A program made the translations under genes and the position numbers. DNA of 64,000 bases, from NCBI RefSeq assembly GCF_900188395.1, contig NZ_FZOB01000001.1:198101-262100 (forward strand). The letters are read 5' to 3'. Every line of letters starts with the position of its first letter. The first letter of the stretch is position 1. Shown here piece by piece: positions 57,173-64,000 of this stretch. This stretch comes from Desulfurobacterium atlanticum (lineage in GTDB: Bacteria > Aquificota > Aquificia > Desulfurobacteriales > Desulfurobacteriaceae). A model generated the notes under the pieces. It had not been told where the DNA came from, ran no database searches, and was given only the letters and a program-made list of their open reading frames with translations.

Positions 57173-58872
57173 TAGTATTTCCTCTCTTCAGGTTTGTATC
57201 TTGTTATAGTGACAGGTTTATAAGAGATCTTATAATCACCATTTTCAAAGGTAACTACTGAGTGTTTCAAAAACTCCTTATCGTTTCTTTCTGGGTAATC
57301 TGTTCTAAAGTGAGCACCTCTACTTTCTTTTCTTTCAAGTGCTGTAATAACTGTAACTTCAGCGAGTTCAACCATGTTTAAAAACTCAAGAGTTTGTTGA
57401 AGATTTGTGTTAAATGTGTATGAGAGGTCTTCAACCTTTATATGGTTTGCCCGTTCTTTTATCTCCTTTACCTTTTCAAGAGCTTTTTTAAGTTTTACTT
57501 CATCTCTAAATATGCCCGCTCCTTCTGTGAGGGTGTCACTTAATTCATTTCTTAGTGTGGCAAGTTTTTCTTTTCCATCCTTTTCAAATAGAGATTCTAT
57601 TTTATTTCTTTCGTCTTTCAACTTTTCTACCGGAAATTCAGGTAGTTCTGACGATAAAGCGTATTCAGCTGCCATCTCTCCGGCTATTTTTCCAAACACA
57701 ACTATATCAAGTAGGGAGTTACCGCCAAGTCTGTTTGCTCCGTGCACCGATACACATGCACACTCACCGGCTGCAAATAGCCCGTCTATAATGGTTGCAG
57801 TATTTATATCTGTATCAATTCCTCCCATACAGTAGTGGGCTGTGGGTCTGATAGGAATGGGTTCTTCTATAGGATCAATTCCCTCAAAGTCTATTGCAAG
57901 TTCTCTGATTTGAGGTAATTTTTCAAGTATTTTTCCTTTTCCAAGATGTCTTAAATCAAGGAAAACAAATTTATTTCCTTCATCATCTTCAAATCCTCTT
58001 CCCTGTGCTATCTCTGTTTCTATCGCTCTTGAAACCATATCCCTTGGAGCAAGTTCCATCTTTTCAGGGGCGTATCTGGACATAAATCTTTCACCTTCTT
58101 TGTTTATGAGATATCCGCCTTCTCCCCGTGCTCCTTCAGTAACTAAAATTCCAGTTCTCCTTAAACCTGTAGGATGAAACTGCACAAACTCCATATCTTT
58201 TAAAGGAACTCCTGTTTTTAAAGCAAGAGCAGTTCCATCACCTGTGCAGCCAAGAGCGTTTGATGTTCTTTTCCAGTATATTCTTGCATGTCCGCCGGTT
58301 GCAAGAATTACAGATTTTGCTCTTATAACCTCTATTTTTCCAGATTTCATATCTATTGCTATAAGACCGCATATTTTCTGGCCATCATGAACAAGGGATG
58401 TAACAAACCATTCATTAAAAAATTTGACATTTCTTCTTATGCACTGTTCAAAAAGAGTTTGTAGCATTACATGTCCTGTTTTGTCTGCTGCGTAACAGGT
58501 TCTGGGGAAGGAAGCTCCCCCGAAAGGTCTCTGGGCTATTTTACCGTTTTCAAGTCTTGAAAAAGGTAATCCCATGTGTTCCATTTCTATTATTATTTTT
58601 GGAGCTATCTGGCACATAAGTTCTGCTGCATCCTGGTCGGCAAGGAAATCACTGCCTTTTATCGTATCGTAGGTATGTTTTTCAGGGGAATCGTTGGCCA
58701 CATTTGAAAGAGCTGCGTTTACTCCTCCCTGAGCAGCGCCTGTATGTGAACGGGTTGGATAAACTTTAGAGATTACTCCGACTTTTATATTCGGATTTTT
58801 TCTTATTGCTGAGAGAGCTGCATATAGTCCTGCTCCGCCCGCTCCAACTATGGCGACATCAAGCTTTAACAT
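57172..58872 (-). CDS. sdhA: Succinate dehydrogenase/fumarate reductase flavoprotein subunit
   Basis: 566 aa; FAD-binding [11 protein letters not shown], covalent-FAD His region (SHTGAAQGG), catalytic HPTG / RxxxG motifs. Confidence 0.9.
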   Translation of the reverse strand: MLKLDVAIVGAGGAGLYAALSAIRKNPNIKVGVISKVYPTRSHTGAAQGGVNAALSNVANDSPEKHTYDTIKGSDFLADQDAAELMCQIAPKIIIEMEHMGLPFSRLENGKIAQRPFGGASFPRTCYAADKTGHVMLQTLFEQCIRRNVKFFNEWFVTSLVHDGQKICGLIAIDMKSGKIEVIRAKSVILATGGHARIYWKRTSNALGCTGDGTALALKTGVPLKDMEFVQFHPTGLRRTGILVTEGARGEGGYLINKEGERFMSRYAPEKMELAPRDMVSRAIETEIAQGRGFEDDEGNKFVFLDLRHLGKGKILEKLPQIRELAIDFEGIDPIEEPIPIRPTAHYCMGGIDTDINTATIIDGLFAAGECACVSVHGANRLGGNSLLDIVVFGKIAGEMAAEYALSSELPEFPVEKLKDERNKIESLFEKDGKEKLATLRNELSDTLTEGAGIFRDEVKLKKALEKVKEIKERANHIKVEDLSYTFNTNLQQTLEFLNMVELAEVTVITALERKESRGAHFRTDYPERNDKEFLKHSVVTFENGDYKISYKPVTITRYKPEERKY

Positions 58873-58999
58873 TTTTCCTCCTGCTGAATATAAGTGAATT
58901 CATCTGCCCTAATTCTACCAAAAATTAAGACTTTATAACTTGTTTTTAAGTTAATTAGAAATATATTTTTAAATGAAACTCTTGTTAGGAGGTACTAAC

Positions 59000-59293
59000 A
59001 TGAAGATGCCGGTAAGAGTGTTTAAGTGTATGGATTGTGGCGAAGAGTTTAAGGTTCCCTTCGGTAAACCAAAATGGATGCTTGAATGTCCTGAGTGCGG
59101 AAGTGAACGTATAGTTAGAATCGGCACAGAAGCCGGGGATTTTGAAAGCCGGGAAAAAGATGGAAAAGAAAGTGAGCCGGTATTTCTGTGCTGTGGTAAT
59201 ATGCACAAGTTTGGCTGGGGTTGGCGTCCTCGCTTCGGGAAAGGTTTTGGCTGGCGTAGAAATGGAAGAGGAAGAGGCTGGTGTAGAGGGTAG
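59000..59293 (+). CDS. FmdB-like zinc-ribbon protein with Trp/Arg/Gly-rich C-terminal tail
   Basis: Start at ATG 59000 after AGGAGG; CMDCGEEF...ECPECGS zinc ribbon; tail GWGWRPRFGKGFGWRRNGRGRGWCRG. Confidence 0.55.
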   Translation: MKMPVRVFKCMDCGEEFKVPFGKPKWMLECPECGSERIVRIGTEAGDFESREKDGKESEPVFLCCGNMHKFGWGWRPRFGKGFGWRRNGRGRGWCRG

Positions 59294-59307
59294 ATATAGT
59301 TTTGAAA

Positions 59308-59341
59308 GTTAGAAATGGGGTATAATATCCCCGTTTCTAAC
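59308..59341 (+). terminator. Strong hairpin after zinc-ribbon gene (probable terminator)
   Basis: GTTAGAAAtGGGGtataataTCCCCgTTTCTAAC followed by tttatt. Confidence 0.5.
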
Positions 59342-59357
59342 TTTATTAAAATGAGGT

Positions 59358-61523
59358 GTGTTGGGTTTGGAGTCCGATTTTTCTGGAAATAAAGTTAAAA
59401 GTTTTTTGCTATCTTTTCTTAAAAGTTATTCTGGGATTTTTTTCATTTCAGAGCCGCTTTTTGGTTTTTTTCTATTCCTTATAACTTTACTTAATCCAAA
59501 TATGGCATTATCAGGTTTCCTGTGTGTTATTTCGGCTTATTCTTTTGCAAGATTATTGGGTCTTAAAGACACTTTTCTCGGACTTGATTTTTATATTTAC
59601 AATCCATTACTTGTAGGGCTTGCAATAGGCTACCTTTTCAAACTAAACCTTCTTACTTTTATTTTTATTTTCAGTCTCGGAATATTAACATTTCTCATGA
59701 CTTACACTTTATCTTCTATATTTTCTTACTATTTGAAGTTGCCAGTGCTTAGTATTCCCTTTGTAATTGGAAGCTTTATTGTTTATCTTGCATCAATTAG
59801 ATATTCTAATCTTTTTGTAATATCTTTATATCCACATTATCCTGTTTTTCAGCTACATCTTCCTGATTTTTTAAAAGGCTTCTTTTCTTCACTTGGTGCA
59901 ATTCTTTTTTCTCCATCTGTCTTTGCAGGGTTGTTCATATTTTTAGCCCTTTTTCTTTATTCAAGAATTCTTACTTTTCTTGCTGTTATTGGCTATTTTT
60001 CAGCAATATTTATCACAGGTTTGATGACAGGGTCGTTCGTGAATACCTTTAATGATATTTCCGCATTCAACTATATATTGATAGCTATGGCTGTTGGAGG
60101 TGTTTTCCTTATACCTTCTCCTAAAAGTTATCTTTTTGCCATACTTTCTTCCATTATAGCTGTTCCGATTGTGGAATCAACGAAAGCTTTCTGGCAACAG
60201 TTTGGAATTCCTGTATTTGCTTTACCGTTTAATACAGTTACTTTACTTATAGTATATACGCTCGGTCTTATTAGCTGGGAATATACGACAAAGCTTTATA
60301 GAGGAACTCCAGAAAAAACACTTGATTATTATCTTACTTACTTAAAAAGATTTCCCTTTTCCACAAGAACATTGTCTCTTCCTTTTTCTGGTGAATGGAC
60401 GGTATGGCAGTCTTTTGATGGAGAATGGACGCACAGGGGACCCTGGAAATATGCAATTGATTTTGTTATTTCTGATGATAAAGGAAGTACTTTTAAAGGT
60501 GACGGTAATTCTTTAACAGATTATTATGCTTTCGGAAAACCAGTTCTTTCTCCTGTAAGAGGAAGGGTTATTAAAGCTCTGGATAGAATTAAGGATAATC
60601 CTCCCGGTCAGGCTGATAAAGAAAACAATTTCGGAAATTATGTCTTGATATATGATGAGAGGGGATTCTACGTTCTTATTGCTCATCTTAAGGAAAATTC
60701 TTTAAAGGTAAAGTCAGGAGATTGGGTGGAGAAGGGTTCTATTATAGGGCTTTGCGGAAATTCAGGTTATTCTCCTCAACCTCACATTCATATTCATGTG
60801 CAACTATTATCTGATATCGGTTCTCCAACTGTGCCGTTTAGTTTTGCACCTTTTATACGAAATGAAAGAGAATTTGTTGATAATGGAGTGCCATTAAGGG
60901 ACGAAAGAGTAAAACCTGTATTTGCAGATAAAGCTTTGAAGAAAAAATTAAATCTTTTAATAGACATGGTTATGAAATATAAAGTTGTTCAAAATGATGA
61001 AGAAATGGGTGATGTAGAATTTGCTGTTAAGATGGCTCCTGATGGGACTTTTTATCTTACAGATGGAAGTGCGAAGCTTTATTTTGCTGTATTTAATGAG
61101 ACTTTCTATTTTCTTAATTTTGAAGGGAATAAAGATTCTTATTTAAGGTATCTTTTTATTTCAGGTAGTAAAATACCCCTGTTTCTTGAAAAGGCTTTAT
61201 TCTGGAAAGATTATTTACCGTTAGACCTTTTAGAAAATGGCATGATGACAGCTATATTGAGATTTTTAGCTTCCTTTAAACACGATTTTTATGAGGTTAA
61301 AGCGATTTATGAATGTTCTGGAAATAATTCTATTTCTGGAAAAGTGGAGTATCCTAATGGTTTTCTGTCAACTTTTATTAAAGTTGATTCTAACTTTGGA
61401 TTTAAAGAGATTAAAATTGAGTCTAACAAAAAAAGATTAATACTTAGGAGAGTAGAGGATGAAAAAGTTTTTATTAATGGCAACGGCAATGGCAGTGCTT
61501 TTTTCACAAAAAGCATCGGCTAA
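59358..61523 (+). CDS. Fusion protein: urea-transporter (UT)-family-like membrane channel domain + M23 (LytM) metallopeptidase domain + C-terminal domain of unknown function
   Basis: 721 aa; N-terminal ~320 aa with ~10 TM and UT-like motifs (GLDFYIYNPLLVGLAIG; ALPFNTVTLL); M23 motifs HxxxD-like (HRGPWKYAIDF), GNSGYSPQPHIHIHVQ (HxH); ~230-aa C-terminal beta-rich domain. Confidence 0.65.
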   Translation: MLGLESDFSGNKVKSFLLSFLKSYSGIFFISEPLFGFFLFLITLLNPNMALSGFLCVISAYSFARLLGLKDTFLGLDFYIYNPLLVGLAIGYLFKLNLLTFIFIFSLGILTFLMTYTLSSIFSYYLKLPVLSIPFVIGSFIVYLASIRYSNLFVISLYPHYPVFQLHLPDFLKGFFSSLGAILFSPSVFAGLFIFLALFLYSRILTFLAVIGYFSAIFITGLMTGSFVNTFNDISAFNYILIAMAVGGVFLIPSPKSYLFAILSSIIAVPIVESTKAFWQQFGIPVFALPFNTVTLLIVYTLGLISWEYTTKLYRGTPEKTLDYYLTYLKRFPFSTRTLSLPFSGEWTVWQSFDGEWTHRGPWKYAIDFVISDDKGSTFKGDGNSLTDYYAFGKPVLSPVRGRVIKALDRIKDNPPGQADKENNFGNYVLIYDERGFYVLIAHLKENSLKVKSGDWVEKGSIIGLCGNSGYSPQPHIHIHVQLLSDIGSPTVPFSFAPFIRNEREFVDNGVPLRDERVKPVFADKALKKKLNLLIDMVMKYKVVQNDEEMGDVEFAVKMAPDGTFYLTDGSAKLYFAVFNETFYFLNFEGNKDSYLRYLFISGSKIPLFLEKALFWKDYLPLDLLENGMMTAILRFLASFKHDFYEVKAIYECSGNNSISGKVEYPNGFLSTFIKVDSNFGFKEIKIESNKKRLILRRVEDEKVFINGNGNGSAFFTKSIG

Positions 61524-62340
61524 AACCTATTCAGCTTTTTATGGAACTTATATTGATTATAGCAGTGGCAATAAAACCTCTGGATACTCTGGAACGTTTT
61601 ATTTAAATACAGGAGATCTTTATCAATCAACATCCTTTGGAATATCTGCAACGAGAGTGGAAGAGAAAACAGAAGAAACTGTTTCTTTTCAAGGAAAACA
61701 AAGAACAGAGATCGTGACAGATTATATAGACCAGCTTGATTTTACTCTTCTTTACACAAATACAGATAAAATTCTAAAAAATCATATTTTTAGTTTCGGG
61801 TTCCATTACATATTAACAGATGACAAATCAACAAATAACGGTTCTATTTTCTACTTTGACGGAACATACTTTAAACCTTACAACTGGAATTCTGGGTTAG
61901 AGTTTGCAGTTTCGTTTTATCCTTCCACTAAGGTTTTTCAATTTGTTCCTCATCTTGGAAAGTATTTTTATACAAAAAATTTCACCTATTATACCTGGGT
62001 AAAAGGATACTATATAAAGGTTGGAGATACGGCAGATTTTGCTTTTTCCAAAACCAATTACTTTTCAGGGGAATTTGGAGTTCACTTTTATAAAGGTAAT
62101 TTTGATGCCGGTGTTTTTCTTTGGGGAGGGGAGCAGGTTTTTGCTGTGAAAAATTCAGGATTTGTTGTTTATAACTTAGGAGATGTTTACAAGGGAGGAA
62201 TAGTTTTTGATGGTGGATATAAGATTGATAAAAATTATAGAGTCGGATTTACTGCATCTTTAAATAGATTTGAGTATCCTGATACTGGAGAAAATGCTGT
62301 TCAAACTTCTGTAACAGGGTATGTAGGCTATACCTGGTAA
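61459..62340 (+). CDS. Putative outer-membrane beta-barrel protein
   Basis: 293 aa; signal peptide (MKKFLLMATAMAVLFSQKASA), alternating hydrophobic beta-strand pattern rich in Y/G/T, C-terminal aromatic ...GYVGYTW. Start overlaps previous ORF by 65 nt; true start may be downstream. Confidence 0.5.
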   Translation: MKKFLLMATAMAVLFSQKASAKTYSAFYGTYIDYSSGNKTSGYSGTFYLNTGDLYQSTSFGISATRVEEKTEETVSFQGKQRTEIVTDYIDQLDFTLLYTNTDKILKNHIFSFGFHYILTDDKSTNNGSIFYFDGTYFKPYNWNSGLEFAVSFYPSTKVFQFVPHLGKYFYTKNFTYYTWVKGYYIKVGDTADFAFSKTNYFSGEFGVHFYKGNFDAGVFLWGGEQVFAVKNSGFVVYNLGDVYKGGIVFDGGYKIDKNYRVGFTASLNRFEYPDTGENAVQTSVTGYVGYTW

Positions 62341-62345
62341 AGGAG

Positions 62346-63284
62346 GTGTTTTTGAAATACATATTTGGTCCTGTTTATTCAAGAAGGCTTGGCCTTTCTC
62401 TTGGAGTTGACCTTGTTCCCTATAAAGTTTGTAGTATGGATTGTGTTTACTGTGAAGTGGGAAGAACAACTGTTAAAACTCTTGAAAGAAAAGAGTATGT
62501 GCCTGTAAAGGAGGTTATAAAAGAGCTTGGGGATTTTTTGTCTGCTTCTCCTCCGGTTGATTTTGTAACCTTCAGTGGTTACGGAGAACCTACTTTAAAT
62601 TCTAAAATAGGAAAAGTAGTTAAATTTTTGAAAGGAGAAATCCCCGATATTCCTATTGCTTTAATAACGAACAGTTCATTACTGTGGCAGAAAGATGTTT
62701 TAAATGATATAAGGGAGATGGACCTTTTTCTGCCTTCCTTTGATGCAGCTTCAGATACTGTTTTGAAAAAAATTAATAGACCTGTATCTGCAATTTCGGT
62801 AGAGCTTTTAAAAAAGGGGCTTTTAAATCTTAAAAAGGAAACAGAAGGGAAAATCTGGCTTGAAACATTATTTGTTGAAGGTTTAAACAATAATAAAGAT
62901 GAAATTCTAAAGATAGGTGAGTTTGTGCACTATTTGGAGCCAGATAGATGGCAGATAAACACAGTTGATAGGCCTCCAGCTTATAACAGCAAACCTCTTT
63001 CTTACGAAGAGCTTGAGAAGATAAAAGAGATGGTTAAATATCCTGCTACGGATATTATTGTAAGAAAATCTACTGAAAATCGGAGCAGTTTTACTTCTGA
63101 TTTTAAAAGAGAGATTCTTGATCTTGTAAACCGACGTCCCTGTCCGATAAAAGAGATTTCAGATGCTCTTGGGGTATTGCAGGAAGATGTGGAAAAGGCG
63201 GTTGAAGAGTTGTTAAGAGAAGGGAGAGTGTTTAAAGTAAAATTTGGAAACGTTTTTTATCTTAAAGGAAAAGAGAAAAAATGA
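62346..63284 (+). CDS. Radical SAM protein with C-terminal winged-helix-like domain
   Basis: 312 aa; CSMDCVYC (Cx3Cx2C), GYGEPTLN glycine-rich SAM motif; C-terminal LVNRRPCPIKEISDALGVLQEDVEKAVEELLREGRV wHTH-like. Confidence 0.8.
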   Translation: MFLKYIFGPVYSRRLGLSLGVDLVPYKVCSMDCVYCEVGRTTVKTLERKEYVPVKEVIKELGDFLSASPPVDFVTFSGYGEPTLNSKIGKVVKFLKGEIPDIPIALITNSSLLWQKDVLNDIREMDLFLPSFDAASDTVLKKINRPVSAISVELLKKGLLNLKKETEGKIWLETLFVEGLNNNKDEILKIGEFVHYLEPDRWQINTVDRPPAYNSKPLSYEELEKIKEMVKYPATDIIVRKSTENRSSFTSDFKREILDLVNRRPCPIKEISDALGVLQEDVEKAVEELLREGRVFKVKFGNVFYLKGKEKK

Positions 63285-64000
63285 GATTTTTTCAGGTTTT
63301 TATTCTGATTTTTGTTTTTTCCTTGAAGGCGCAAGCGCAAGTTATAAACATAAGCTCTGATGTATATTTTCCTGAATATCTTAAAAAAGAGATAATAGCT
63401 CAATCAAAAAAAGTTTGTTCTGCTTCAAATTGCACACATGTAGTGGTAGAACTTTTGCGATTTTTAGGTTATGAAGCTGAGATAGATAACAATAATATAA
63501 GAATTGCCAGAAATTTAAAGATAACCTCTGTTTCTGTCAGGGGTCTTCCTGAATTTATGAAAAAGGATGAAAATATTGTCAAAAATTTCCTTTTAAACCA
63601 GATATATTCCTCTGAGCTTATAGAAAATGCAAGGCTTCTTCTTCTTTTTAAATTGAGAAGTGCAGGGTTTAAAGATGTAAAGATTAATGTAAAAACGGAA
63701 GAAACATTTAGAGGATATAGTGTTATTTTTAATATAGATAAGGGCCTTCCTCACGTAATAACAAAGATTTTGGTGGAGTGTGAAGTTCCTGACTTAAGAG
63801 CCATTGTTGAAAGAATTTTTTCCAAAGAAGTTGGGAAAAGATTTGACAGAGAACAGATTTTTGAAGTTGTAAAAGATATTGAAAAGAAGTTTTTAGAGCT
63901 TGGTTATTTTAATGTTGAAATTTCTTTTTCCTGGAAGGTCCTGAAGAAAAAGGAGAACAGAAAAGAAACAGTACTTATTATAAAGGTTGTTCCAGGTAAA
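63281..64000 (+). CDS. POTRA-containing outer-membrane protein (BamA/TamA-like), N-terminal fragment running off window
   Basis: Start ATG overlaps radical SAM stop (ATGA); signal peptide MRFFQVFILIFVFSLKAQA, then ~75-aa repeats resembling POTRA domains; no stop before nt 64000. Confidence 0.45.
   Translation, partial: MRFFQVFILIFVFSLKAQAQVINISSDVYFPEYLKKEIIAQSKKVCSASNCTHVVVELLRFLGYEAEIDNNNIRIARNLKITSVSVRGLPEFMKKDENIVKNFLLNQIYSSELIENARLLLLFKLRSAGFKDVKINVKTEETFRGYSVIFNIDKGLPHVITKILVECEVPDLRAIVERIFSKEVGKRFDREQIFEVVKDIEKKFLELGYFNVEISFSWKVLKKKENRKETVLIIKVVPGK

Overview
This 64 kb window is a gene-dense (~93% coding) AT-rich bacterial chromosomal segment with no rRNA, tRNA, CRISPR array or obvious mobile element. 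The gene content suggests a thermophilic, anaerobic Aquificae-like organism, possibly Desulfurobacteriaceae-like; this is inferred from the archaeal-type SAM synthetase, the SdhABE-type fumarate reductase with an HdrB-like subunit, the Hmd-family paralog and the Ni/Co ECF transporter. Recognisable housekeeping blocks are: radA-purU-glmS (minus strand); archaeal-type MAT; pilT-pilC; a U32 peptidase; a giant double-ATPase CoA-enzyme activase; kdsD-kdsC-lptC-lptA-lptB; rpoN-glnE; guaB; ppa; phoU; hemA-hemX-hemC-hemD-hemB plus aroD; pilB; fabF-rnc-maf; ispF-fabZ-lpxA-gatB; selU; the Ni/Co transporter cbiM/N-like/Q/O with DUF4198; and sdhA/B/E. Four loci are unusual. (1) An Hmd-family ([Fe]-hydrogenase paralog, HmdII-like) gene with the Fe-ligating Cys conserved, flanked by an atypical kinase-like gene and a Roadblock/LC7 gene. 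(2) A tightly packed operon at 25.7-29.2 kb. It encodes a P1B-type ATPase with no transmembrane Cys; the CPC position reads YHT. Upstream is a free-standing paralog of the ATPase N-terminal ferredoxin-like domain. It also has three small Gly-rich-TM/coiled-coil proteins; the arrangement is reminiscent of organelle or metal-storage (ferrosome-like) loci. (3) A urea-transporter-like membrane domain fused to an M23 peptidase, followed by an outer-membrane barrel, a radical SAM-wHTH protein and a BamA-like gene. (4) A PhoU, SPFH, orphan ABC-3 permease and MglA-like GTPase gene string. Several Rho-independent terminators and one structured intergenic RNA candidate upstream of guaB are also noted. 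All homology statements rest on by-eye motif recognition from the translated ORFs; no database searches were run.
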